Positions 8,320-17,349 of a stretch of 64,000 bases of DNA are shown one piece after another. The notes under the pieces were generated by a model. It was given only the letters and a program-made list of their open reading frames with translations, was not told where the DNA came from and searched no databases. Origin of the DNA: an uncultured delta proteobacterium (lineage in GTDB: Bacteria; Myxococcota; UBA727; VGSZ01); contig CAVZJB010000016.1 of assembly GCA_963775425.1 (NCBI GenBank), positions 1,088,001 through 1,152,000 on the forward strand, given 5' to 3'. Made by a program: the position numbers and the translations under genes. The number at the start of each line of letters is the position of its first letter. Position 1 is the stretch's first letter.

Positions 8320-9375
8320 TTACCTCTCGTCGCCCGAGCGAAGGGCGAGTCCGACGCTCACTGCCGCCACAGGTGCCTGCGTGCGAAGGAAGTTGGGATC
8401 GAGACCGCGCGCGGCGATGTCGATGTTGCGGAACGGGTCCACGCTCTCGACCGGCACGCCCGTCTTGGCCTCGACCGCCCGCGAGAGCGCGGGGACCTTG
8501 GCGCAACCGCCGCTCAGGTAGATGCGGTTGATGGACGCGTCCGCCGACGTGGCCGCATAGAAGTCGAGCGAGCGCTGCACGTCGTTGGCGATGGTCTCGG
8601 AGACCTGCTGCATGACGCGCTCGACCTCTTGCGGGACGACGCTGTCCTGGTCGTTGCCGCCGCCGCCGATCTTGAGCGCCTCCGCCTCGTCGTACGAGAC
8701 GTTGAGCTGCTTCTGGATCTCGTCGGTGTACTGGTTGCCGCCCTGCGCGATGTCGCGCGTGAAGGCGCTGACGCCGGAGTGAACCACGTTGATGTTCACG
8801 ACGCTGGCGCCGACGTTGATGAGCGCCACCGTCTCGCCCACCGGCAGGTTGTAGTTGATCTCGAAGGCGTTCTGCACCGCGAACGAGTCGACGTCGACGA
8901 CGTGGGCGAGCAAGCCGGCCTCGCGCACCACGTTGATGTAGTCGTTGATCATGTCCTTCTTGGCGGCCACGAGCAGGACGTCCATCTGGCCCTGGTCGTT
9001 GTGGTCGTTGAGGATGGACACGTCGATGTTGACGTCGTTGATGTCGAACGGGATGTACTGCTCGGCTTCCCACTGGATGCTCTCGTCGAGCTCCTCGCGC
9101 GTCATCACGGGCAGGTTGATCTTCCTGAGGATGACGCTGTGGCCGGACACCGACACGGCGACGTCGCGCACCTTGATCTTCTGCGAGGCGATGAGCTCGC
9201 GCACCGCGTCGACGACGGCGGTCTGGTTCATGATGGAGCCGTCGACGATGGCCTCGGGCGGCAGCGGGATGATCCCGAAGCACTGCAGCTGGTAGCTGCG
9301 CCGTGACTCCTTGAGCTGGCAGACCTTGACGCTCGACGAACCGATGTCGAGGCCGATCAGGTTACCCTTCGCCAT
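8320..9375 (-). CDS. pilM: type IV pilus protein PilM
   Basis: IGLDIGSSSVK, EAEQYIPF, VLLVAAKK, IYLSGG, VGLALR. Confidence 0.97.
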   Translation of the reverse strand: MAKGNLIGLDIGSSSVKVCQLKESRRSYQLQCFGIIPLPPEAIVDGSIMNQTAVVDAVRELIASQKIKVRDVAVSVSGHSVILRKINLPVMTREELDESIQWEAEQYIPFDINDVNIDVSILNDHNDQGQMDVLLVAAKKDMINDYINVVREAGLLAHVVDVDSFAVQNAFEINYNLPVGETVALINVGASVVNINVVHSGVSAFTRDIAQGGNQYTDEIQKQLNVSYDEAEALKIGGGGNDQDSVVPQEVERVMQQVSETIANDVQRSLDFYAATSADASINRIYLSGGCAKVPALSRAVEAKTGVPVESVDPFRNIDIAARGLDPNFLRTQAPVAAVSVGLALRSGDER

Positions 9376-9610
9376 CTTCCTGTCCCTTCTCGAAGACTTT
9401 GTCCTTCTCCTCGACGGTCATGCCGAGGGCGAGGATGATCTTCCGCTTGGTGTCCATGCGGCACGGCATGCCGGCTTCGACGCGATCGATGGTGAGCGCC
9501 GAGAGCCCCGCCTTGCGCGCCAGCTCCGCCTTGCTGAGGAGCCGCTCGTGGCGCAGCTTCTTCACGTTGTTGCGCATCTTCTCGGATGGCGTGGGGTGTT
9601 CCGCAGTCAT
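9362..9610 (-). CDS. XRE-family helix-turn-helix protein
   Basis: NNVKKLRHERLLSKAELARKAGLSALTIDRVE...CRMDTKRKII; alternative start at 9577; overlaps the pilM start. Confidence 0.88.
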   Translation of the reverse strand: MTAEHPTPSEKMRNNVKKLRHERLLSKAELARKAGLSALTIDRVEAGMPCRMDTKRKIILALGMTVEEKDKVFEKGQEDGEG

Positions 9611-9705
9611 CGCGCACCAGCCTATCAGAGACCACAAAAACGCCGCAAAATACCCTATCACTCCGCGCGTAATGCGTTGATTTCTCAACAGATCGACTGA
9701 GACAG

Positions 9706-10629
9706 TCAATCGATCCCGAGGCCAAACCAGGGCAGAACGCGGGCGAGGACCGCATCGCCGAAGAATGCAGCCTCGAGAGCGCCCAACGCCAGAAAAGGGC
9801 CGAAGGGGACCGCGCCGCGCGGCGGGATCCAGTCGTCGGTCTCGCTGACGGGCTTGTCTCCCTCGAGGTGTCCGCGCGATCGAAGGATGAGCCCGACGAC
9901 GGCGCCCTGGAGCGATCCGAGGAAGAGCACGAGCGGGAGCATGCGCCAGCCGAGGAAGGCCCCGATGCCCGCGAAGATGAGCGGGTCTCCCCAGCCCATG
10001 GCCATCTGATCGCCGTCGAGCTTGCCGGTGCGCCGGAAGATGCCGGTGAACACGACGACGATGCAGCCGAGGCCCAGCCCTGCCCCCGCGGCGCCGATGA
10101 GGCGGTCGATGAGATCGCGGTAGCTGTCCGTGAGGATGGCGCGGCCGCCGCCGATGACGAGGCCGGAGGATAGGAGCGCGATCCACAACGGGTGCGGCAC
10201 CGTCCACGTGTCGAGGTCGACGAAGGCGATGGCGACGAGGATGAAGACGAAGACGTAGAGCTCGAGGGAGGGGACGCTCCAACCGAAGCGCGCGACCGCC
10301 GCCATGGCGGCGACACCCATGATCGCCTCGACGAGCGGGTAGCGCGGCGAGATGGCGACGCCGCACGCGCGGCACCTGCCGCGCAGCAGGATCCACGACA
10401 GCACCGGGATGTTGTCGCGCGCAGCGATCTGCGTCTTGCACTTGGGGCAGCGCGAGCGCGGCGTGACCACGCTCAGCCCCTCGGGCACGCGCGCGATGAC
10501 GACGTTCAGGAAGCTCCCCCAGGTCGACCCGATGACGAAGGCCCACAGGAGGGAAACCGCGGCCACGGTGGGCGGCAGATCCGCCGGGCGCGCCAGCAGC
10601 GAGCGCAGGTCGTCCATCGCCGGCAGCAT
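9706..10629 (-). CDS. pilD: prepilin peptidase/N-methyltransferase PilD
   Basis: GSFLNVVIARVP, RSRCPKC, GRCRAC, RYPLVE, MGWGD, PFGPFLA; start may be 10617. Confidence 0.96.
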   Translation of the reverse strand: MLPAMDDLRSLLARPADLPPTVAAVSLLWAFVIGSTWGSFLNVVIARVPEGLSVVTPRSRCPKCKTQIAARDNIPVLSWILLRGRCRACGVAISPRYPLVEAIMGVAAMAAVARFGWSVPSLELYVFVFILVAIAFVDLDTWTVPHPLWIALLSSGLVIGGGRAILTDSYRDLIDRLIGAAGAGLGLGCIVVVFTGIFRRTGKLDGDQMAMGWGDPLIFAGIGAFLGWRMLPLVLFLGSLQGAVVGLILRSRGHLEGDKPVSETDDWIPPRGAVPFGPFLALGALEAAFFGDAVLARVLPWFGLGID

Positions 10630-10687
10630 ACGATCTTTGCGCGCCGCGACCGGATCGTCGGACGTTTCCTCGTCGGCCGAGCGCTTG

Positions 10688-11311
10688 TCAGCCCGCAGAG
10701 TCCGCGACGAGGCGGCCGAGGGCGGCGAGGCCGGCGGTGAAGGCGTGGCCGGCGCCGGGGATGGTCTGCACCCACAGGCCCGCCTGGCGCGCGGCGGCGG
10801 CGAGGCGCCCGGGCGGCGCGAGCGTGTCCTCGGCGCCGGCGACGACCGTCACCCGCGCCCCCGACGACGCGAGCGCCTCGAAGTCCACCGGGAAGCGATC
10901 GATCACGGGGGCGACGAGCACCACGCGCTCGATGTCCGGGTGACGCGCGCCGACCAACGCCGCCACCGACGCGCCGAAGGAGTACCCGACCAGGGCGCGC
11001 GCCCCGGCTTGCTCGACGGCGCGCTCGAGGTCGGCCGCCGCCTCGGCGACGTCGGCGCGCGCCACGCCGCTCGATGCCCCGACGCCGCGCCAGTTGAAGC
11101 GCAGCGTCGGGTGGCCGCAGCGCGCCAGACACCAGACGATCTCGGCGAGCACGGCGCTGTCCATGCTCCCTCCGAGCGCGGGGTGCGGCGACGCGAGCAC
11201 GACGGGCGAGGCGGGCTCGCTCCCCGCACCCGACTGCGTGAGACCTTCGAGGACGGTGTCGCCGCACTGGACGAGCGTCATCCGCTCGAGGACCTGCCCG
11301 CGCTCAACCAT
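10688..11311 (-). CDS. alpha/beta fold hydrolase
   Basis: PHPALGGSMD, LRFNWRGVGAS, GYSFG nucleophile, GAED and GAGHAF triad residues. Confidence 0.88.
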   Translation of the reverse strand: MVERGQVLERMTLVQCGDTVLEGLTQSGAGSEPASPVVLASPHPALGGSMDSAVLAEIVWCLARCGHPTLRFNWRGVGASSGVARADVAEAAADLERAVEQAGARALVGYSFGASVAALVGARHPDIERVVLVAPVIDRFPVDFEALASSGARVTVVAGAEDTLAPPGRLAAAARQAGLWVQTIPGAGHAFTAGLAALGRLVADSAG

Positions 11312-12062
11312 CCTCGAGGGCCTGCTCCAACGAAGCCGCCCCCTCGCCGAGCTCGTACAGGGACAGCGCCGCGCACAGGCGCACCCGCGCGACCGGATCC
11401 TGCAACGCGCGCTCGAGCTCCGCGGCGGCGCCGCTCGCCCCGAGGCGTCCCAGGGCGCGCGCGGCGGCGGCGCGCACGCCCGCGTCGTCGTCGGCGAGGG
11501 CCGCGCGCAGCACGCCTTCGCCGCGGGGATCGCCGAGGCGGCCGAGCGCCTCGGCCGCCGCCGCGGGCGCGAAGCCCTGCTCGAGCGCGGCGACGAGCCA
11601 GGGGACGACGGCGCGGTCGCCGACGCGCCCGAGGGCCCAGGCCACGGCGGCGCCGACGCCCGCGTCCTCGGTCTTGAACGCTTCGATGAGGTTCGGCACC
11701 GCCGCCCGCTCGGGGAGCCGCCCGAGCACGACGGCGGCGCCGATGACGACCCGCGGGTCGCTCGAGCGCAGCGACTTCACGATCTCCGGCAGGAGCTTGT
11801 CGCGCCCCAGCCGCACGAGCGCCGCCAACGCCGCGGCGCGCACCTGCGTGTCGCGGTCGCCCGCGCGCGTCCGCAGCGCCTTCATCGCGCGCACGTCGCC
11901 GGCCAGGCCGAGGGCGTCGGCGGCGTCGACGCGCACCCGCGGATCGGCGTCTTCGAGGAGGACCAGCAGATCGTCGACGGAGCCCGGCGTCGGCGCCCGC
12001 TCGTCGACGAGCGAGGCGTCCACCGCGCGCACGCGGTCGAGCAGATTGGCGGGGTCCGTCAT
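11304..12062 (-). CDS. HEAT/PBS-lyase repeat protein
   Basis: Repeated D-x-D-xx-VR-xx-AA-x-ALG-x-LG units. Confidence 0.88.
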   Translation of the reverse strand: MTDPANLLDRVRAVDASLVDERAPTPGSVDDLLVLLEDADPRVRVDAADALGLAGDVRAMKALRTRAGDRDTQVRAAALAALVRLGRDKLLPEIVKSLRSSDPRVVIGAAVVLGRLPERAAVPNLIEAFKTEDAGVGAAVAWALGRVGDRAVVPWLVAALEQGFAPAAAAEALGRLGDPRGEGVLRAALADDDAGVRAAAARALGRLGASGAAAELERALQDPVARVRLCAALSLYELGEGAASLEQALEDG

Positions 12063-12135
12063 GAGCGAGGGGACACTAGCAGAGGCCCGGGCGCGGAGCG
12101 CGTGAACGTGCGCTCCGCGCCCGGGCCCCGGAACG

Positions 12136-12159
12136 AAGGAAGGCCCCGTCTCCGGGGCC
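12136..12159 (-). terminator. terminator-like hairpin after the basic protein gene
   Basis: GGCCCCG-GAGA-CGGGGCC followed by TTCCTT on the minus strand. Confidence 0.55.
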
Positions 12160-12186
12160 CTCCTCCGACTCAAAGCGAGCGTGAGC

Positions 12187-12564
12187 TCACTTCTTCTTCT
12201 TCTTGGCGGCCTTCTTGGCCTTCTTCTTCGTGGCCTTCTTCTTGGCCTTCTTCTTCGTCGCCTTCTTCTTCGTCTTCTTCTTGGCCTTCTTCTTCGCGGC
12301 CTTCTTGCTGCGCTTGCGCTTGCGGGCGGTGCCGCCGCGCGACGCCACCGAGCGGCTCACGTCGCCCTGCTTGTCGAGGTAGTAGATGAAGCCGTCTTCA
12401 CGCTTCACGTCGGTCTTGAGCACCACCTCGGGCTTGTCGCCCGGACGCTTCTTCTGGCCGCCACGCACCATGCGCGTGCGCATGATGTTGCCGTTGTCGA
12501 AGTAGTAGAGCCAGCCGGGCTCGCGCTGGATGCCCGCCTTGAAGACCTTCTCGGGATTGGCCAT
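12187..12564 (-). CDS. small basic protein with two internal repeats and a Lys/Ala-rich tail (candidate nucleoid-associated protein)
   Basis: AGGAGAG RBS; repeats KAGIQREPGWLYYFD-NGNIMR and KTDVKREDGFIYYLDKQGDVSR; KKKA/KKKT tail; followed by its own terminator. Confidence 0.85.
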   Translation of the reverse strand: MANPEKVFKAGIQREPGWLYYFDNGNIMRTRMVRGGQKKRPGDKPEVVLKTDVKREDGFIYYLDKQGDVSRSVASRGGTARKRKRSKKAAKKKAKKKTKKKATKKKAKKKATKKKAKKAAKKKKK

Positions 12565-12781
12565 TGAGTTCTCTCTCCTGTCGCGGGGAGTCTCGTCCAC
12601 GCGTTTGTTTCGCGCCCGGCCTCGATCTCTCGACGTCACCGAACGACGAGGCACATCATGCGCGGAACCCGTTCGCGCGTCGATGATCCCGTGCGGCGCG
12701 CGCCTGGGTCGAACTTCCCTCGACGCAGCGCCCCGGGGCGGCAGAGGGCGGCGGCGGCGAAGCTCGTCGTGGAGCCGCTCA

Positions 12782-12948
12782 ATTCCCACACTTTTTCCAC
12801 AGGTTGGCGGATCGATCTTCGTGATCGATCTCAGATCGATCTCGACCACCGATCGCTCGATCACACGGAAGCTCCGCTGGGGACAGAGTTGCGTGATTGC
12901 GTTATTTATCGACCTCGAGCCACGACTATTTACGCAACTCTGTCCCCA
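12782..12948. other. candidate replication origin-like element (DnaA-box-like 9-mers, GATC cluster, inverted repeat)
   Basis: TTTTCCACA at 12793-12801 fits TTWTNCACA; a weaker ATTCCCACA lies 11 bp earlier; 8 GATC at 12810-12862; 17-bp inverted repeat 12878-12894/12932-12948; divergent intergenic region. Confidence 0.5.
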
Positions 12949-13043
12949 ATCCCGCTGCGAGGGCGCGCCCGGGGCACGCCCGGACCTCGCTGCGCGCTCG
13001 TCGTTGCGGTTGCGGCCGCCCCGGACGGCGGCTATGCGGGGGC

Positions 13044-13931
13044 ATGCTCGACCTCCCCGGACAGGAGCGCGTGGTGCGCGCGTTGACGAACGCGCGGCAG
13101 GGTGACCGGCTGGCGCACGGCCTCCTGTTCGCCGGGCCCGCCGGCAGCGGGCGCGAGCGCGCCGCCCGCGGCCTCGCGGCGGGGCTGGTCTGCGAGCGCC
13201 AGGCGATCCCGTTCGGCTGCGGGGAGTGCCGCGCCTGCCGCAGGGCGGTCGCCGGCAACCACCCCGACGTCCACGTGTTGATGCCCGAGGCGGAGGCCGT
13301 CCGACGAGGCCTCGCGCAGCCCGACGGGAAGAAGCGCCCCTCGCCGGACATCCTCGTCGACGCCGTCCGAGAGCTCGCCGTGCGGCTGCGCATGACCGCG
13401 TACGAGGGCGGCGCCCGCGTGGCCATCATCGTCGACGCGCACCGGATGAACGCCAACGCCCAAAACGCCCTCTTGAAGACCCTCGAGGAGCCCGCGCCGT
13501 CGACGTTCCTGGTGCTCATCGTGCCTCACGAGCGCACGGTCCTGCCGACCATCGCCTCCCGCTGCCTGCGCGTCTTGTTCGCGCCGGTGCCGGCGAGCCC
13601 CGTCGAGCCCTCCGCCGCAGGCGAGGGCCTCCTGCGCGCGCTCCTGTCGGGGTCGGCGCTCGAGCGGCTCGACGCCGCCGAGGGGCTCGGCAAGGAGCGC
13701 GCAGACGTGGACGCCGCGCTCAAGGACCTCCAGCGCCGGATCGCCGACGCCGCGCGTGCCGACGCCGCGCGCGCCGACGCCGCCGGGGGGTCCGCCGGCG
13801 CGCTCCCCTGGCGCACGGGGGCCGCGCTCCTCGAGCGCGTCGCCGCGGCGCGCGCCGCCATCGCCCAGAACGCGTCGGTGCAGCTCTGCCTCGAGGAGCT
13901 CTTGCTTTCGGGAACGGCGCCGACACGCTAG
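13044..13931 (+). CDS. holB: DNA polymerase III subunit delta'
   Basis: HGLLFAGPAGSG, CGECRAC, HPDVH, AQNALLKTLEEP, LPTIASRC. Confidence 0.92.
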   Translation: MLDLPGQERVVRALTNARQGDRLAHGLLFAGPAGSGRERAARGLAAGLVCERQAIPFGCGECRACRRAVAGNHPDVHVLMPEAEAVRRGLAQPDGKKRPSPDILVDAVRELAVRLRMTAYEGGARVAIIVDAHRMNANAQNALLKTLEEPAPSTFLVLIVPHERTVLPTIASRCLRVLFAPVPASPVEPSAAGEGLLRALLSGSALERLDAAEGLGKERADVDAALKDLQRRIADAARADAARADAAGGSAGALPWRTGAALLERVAAARAAIAQNASVQLCLEELLLSGTAPTR

Positions 13932-13940
13932 AGGAACGTC

Positions 13941-14519
13941 GTGGCGAAGGACCTCCTCAAGTGGGCGGCGGTGTTGAGCGTCCCCGCGCTCTCGTTCGTC
14001 GTGGGCGCCGTCGCCCTGCCCCACCCGAAGCCCGTCTCCGAGGAGAAGGAGTCCGTGGACCGTGAGGCGCTCGGGGCGGCGGTGTCGCGTATCCGGCCCT
14101 CGCCCAGGAGCACGGTCGACGCCGAGCTCGGCGACGCCGTCAAGGTGCTCGGGGCAGACTGCCCTCAGGACGCGTTGTCCCGCGGGGCGCGGCTGTCGTG
14201 CCGCTTCTACTTCGAGGACACCGCCGAGCTCGACCGCGACTGGATGATCTTCGTGCACATCGACGCGCGCCGGGGCTCCTACCGCATCCACGGCGACCAC
14301 TTCCCGGTGCACGGCAAGTACGCGACCACGCTGTGGCAGCCCGGCGACTTCATCGGCGACGACTGGTCCTCGACGGTGCCGCGCGACGCCGCCCCCGGCG
14401 TCTACGACGTGTGGATCGGCTTCTACATCGGCGATGAGCGCCTGCCGTTTTCCGGCGGGGACCCCGCGGCGCACGACAAAGACAACCGCGTGCGCGTGGC
14501 GACCCTCGTGGTGGAGTGA
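13941..14519 (+). CDS. membrane-anchored hypothetical protein, beta-sandwich-like
   Basis: N-terminal TM helix; WMIFVHID...DHFP..GKYATTLWQPG...PGVYDVWIGFY pattern. Confidence 0.7.
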   Translation: MAKDLLKWAAVLSVPALSFVVGAVALPHPKPVSEEKESVDREALGAAVSRIRPSPRSTVDAELGDAVKVLGADCPQDALSRGARLSCRFYFEDTAELDRDWMIFVHIDARRGSYRIHGDHFPVHGKYATTLWQPGDFIGDDWSSTVPRDAAPGVYDVWIGFYIGDERLPFSGGDPAAHDKDNRVRVATLVVE

Positions 14520-15089
14520 ATGCTCGTCGCCCTGGACCTCGGCGGGGTCATCGCCGACGTCGACCACACGAACGTGGACCGCGCCCTCGGCATCGACGCC
14601 GCCGCCCGCGAGCGCGCCTTCTTCGACGGAGGTCTGCACGACGGGCTGACCGTGGGCGCCGTGGACGGCGAGACCTTCGCGCGCGCCGCCGCCGAGCGGC
14701 TCGCGCTGCCGCCGGCGCAGGTGCGGGCGGCGTGGGCGCTGGTGGTGAACGTGACGACGGCGGGGCGCGCGCTCGTCGACGAGCTCCTGGCTTGCGGAGC
14801 GACCGTACACCTGTGGAGCAACACCGACCCGATTCACCTCGAGCGCATGCGGGCGCAGCTCCCCGCCGGCGTCGGCGCCCGGACGGCGTCGTACGTCCTC
14901 GGCGCGATGAAGCCGCAGCCGGCGTTCTACGCGCGCGCGCGCGCGCTCGGCGAGCCCGCGGTGTTCCTCGACGACCTGGAGGCGAACGTCGCCGCCGCGC
15001 ACGCCGCGGGGGTGACCGCGCGCGTGTGTCGCGGCGCCGCCGAAGCCCGGGCGATCCTTGTCTCGCTCGGCATCGTTCCCGCTCGCTGA
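14520..15089 (+). CDS. HAD-superfamily phosphatase (YihX-like)
   Basis: LDLGGV, WSNT, KP and FLDD...NVAAA...G motifs I-IV. Confidence 0.88.
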   Translation: MLVALDLGGVIADVDHTNVDRALGIDAAARERAFFDGGLHDGLTVGAVDGETFARAAAERLALPPAQVRAAWALVVNVTTAGRALVDELLACGATVHLWSNTDPIHLERMRAQLPAGVGARTASYVLGAMKPQPAFYARARALGEPAVFLDDLEANVAAAHAAGVTARVCRGAAEARAILVSLGIVPAR

Positions 15090-15220
15090 GGGGCGCCGGC
15101 GTCTGAGGCCCGTGCTCGCGCGCAGCGGCGGCGGCGCGACGTGCGGCCATCGGCCCCACGGAGAGCTGCAGCACCTCGAGGTTCGCCCCCGCCGCTGGCG
15201 CGGTGTAGGGTGCGCGCGCC

Positions 15221-16835
15221 ATGCGCTCCTTCTCCCTCGCCGCCGTCGTCATCGCCGCGCTCGCCACGCCGGCGCACGCGCGGCCGCGGCTCGCGGTCCT
15301 CGTCGTGTTCGATCAAATGCGCGCGGTGGAGATGGACCGCTACGCGGCCTTCTTCGGCCCCGGCGGCTTCGGCGGCCTCGACGGCGCCCGCTTCGACGCC
15401 TTCTACGCGTACGCCGGCACGGAGACCGGGCCGGGGCACGCCACCCTCGCCACGGGCGCCAACCCGAGCATCCACGGCATCGCCACCAACACCTGGCTCG
15501 AGGACAAGCACCGGCACTACGTCGTCGACGACCCCGCGTTTCCCGTGCTCGGCGCCCCCCCGGGCAAGGACGGCACCGTCCCCGGCCGCAGCAGCAAGAG
15601 TCTCCTCGCCCCCACGCTCGGCGACGCCATGAAAGCCGACTCCTTCGGCAAGGCGCTCGTCGCCACGGTGAGCCTCAAGGATCGCGCGGCCATCCTCACG
15701 GGCGGCCGCTCGGCGGACATCGCCGTCTGGTACGAAGCCGCCATCGGCCGCTTCACGACGTCGAAGGCCTATGCCGACACGCTCCCCAAGTGGCTCGAGG
15801 ACGCCGGCGCCGCGCTGCCACGAAAGACCATGGCCACCGGGACGTGGTCGCCGCTGCCGGTGCCGCGCGGCCTCGAGCGCCTCGTGCCCGAAGACGATCG
15901 CCCGGGCGAGGGCGTCCGCGGCGGCCCCTGGGGCGCCACGTTTCCCCACGACATCAAAAGCGCCGACGACAACGACAAGCGCGCGCTCTACCGGGACACG
16001 CCCCAGTCGATGGATGACACGTTCGCCATCGCCTTGGACGCCGTCGACGCGCTCGGCCTCGGCAAGGACGACGAGCCCGACCTGCTCGTCGTGAGCATCT
16101 CCAACACCGACTACATCGGGCACAATTTCGGGCCGGAGAGCCTCGAGCAGCTCGACATGCTCCGCCGCGCGGATTCTCGCGCTGCGCCGCTTCATCGACG
16201 GCCTCGAGCACCGGCTGTTGGCGCGCAGCTTCGTCGTCGCCGTCACGGCCGACCACGGCTCCGTCCCCGTGCAGCTCGCCGCCGAGGGCGCGCGCTGGCC
16301 ACACGGCATCGTCATGATCGACGACGTCATCGCGGCCGCGCGCGCGGGCGCCGAGAAGGCGCGCCCCAAGGACGGCGGCAAGCGCGTGCTCGGTTTCCAT
16401 CCGCCGGAGATTTTCGTCGACACCGACGGCCTCTCGCCGCCCGACAGGCGCGCCTTCTTCGACGGCATCCTCGGCGCCGTCGACGGCGTCGCCGGCGTCG
16501 CGCGCGCCTACGACCTCAGCCGTCCCGGCGACGTCGACCCGCTCGAGCCGCTCATGCGCGCCTCGTACTTCCCTGGGCGGCAGTCGCCGCTCGCGGTTCG
16601 CCAGGCGCCGCGCGTGGTGTTCATGGACGACCCGAACAAGATGGGGACCGATCACGGCACGCCGTACACCTACGACCGCCGCGTCCCCGTCATCCTCTCG
16701 GGGCCCGGCGTGCGCCGCGGCCGCTACGCGCAGCCGATCGATCCGCGCGACATCGCGCCGACGCTCGCGTTCCTGCTCGGCGTGCCGCCGCCGGACATGT
16801 GTCAGGGAAAGCCGGTCCCCGCCGTGGGGAATTGA
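15221..16835 (+). CDS. alkaline phosphatase family protein (PafA-like), apparent +1 frameshift at 16172-16176
   Basis: VVFDQMR, TETGPGHATLATG, SLKDRAAI, DYIGHNFGP; continues in another frame with TADHG and DHGTPYTYDRRVP. Deleting one T from GATTC joins the two frames. Confidence 0.88.
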
Positions 16836-16875
16836 CCCGGCCTCGTGCGCTGCGGATCGATCAAGCGCGCTTGCG

Positions 16876-17253
16876 TCAGCGGCCGAGGGAGCGGAGCATG
16901 GACGCGACGTCGTCCTTGCTGAAGCGCTCGCCGTGGACCTCGATGTCGCGCGGCGGCTCGGGATGAAGCGGCGTGCCAGGGACGTCGGCGACGCCCGACC
17001 ACCAGGGCTTTCGCTTCTCGGCGCGCACCTGGTGCACGCGGCGCCCGCCCGTGGAAGGCTCGATGGCGACGGGCATGGCGAGCAGACGCTCGACGTCGCT
17101 GCGGCGCTCGAAGCGATCGCCGAGCTCGTCGAGGACAGACTTGACCTCGGCGGGCGTGGCGCCCGTGGTCTTCATCAGATCCTGCAGCTTGCCCACATCG
17201 AGCCCCTGCTCGATGGCCCGCCGGATCTGCTCGCGCCTGCCTTCGATCTTCAT
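16876..17253 (-). CDS. hypothetical protein (125 aa)
   Basis: MKIEGRREQIRR...; GC3-biased frame filling the gap between plus-strand genes. Confidence 0.6.
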   Translation of the reverse strand: MKIEGRREQIRRAIEQGLDVGKLQDLMKTTGATPAEVKSVLDELGDRFERRSDVERLLAMPVAIEPSTGGRRVHQVRAEKRKPWWSGVADVPGTPLHPEPPRDIEVHGERFSKDDVASMLRSLGR

Positions 17254-17349
17254 CCGATGCGTGATACCTGCATCGCCCGGGTTTTGGCGAGACCCGGCGT
17301 GGATTTCCCGGCGCAGCGTGTGCCGAACGGGGCGCCGGACGGAGTGGTC

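Noticed and set aside
12187-12864. 225-aa version of the basic protein, or a true histone
   Set aside because: The RBS supports a start at 12564, the upstream part is the non-coding GATC region, and no histone-fold pattern is visible.
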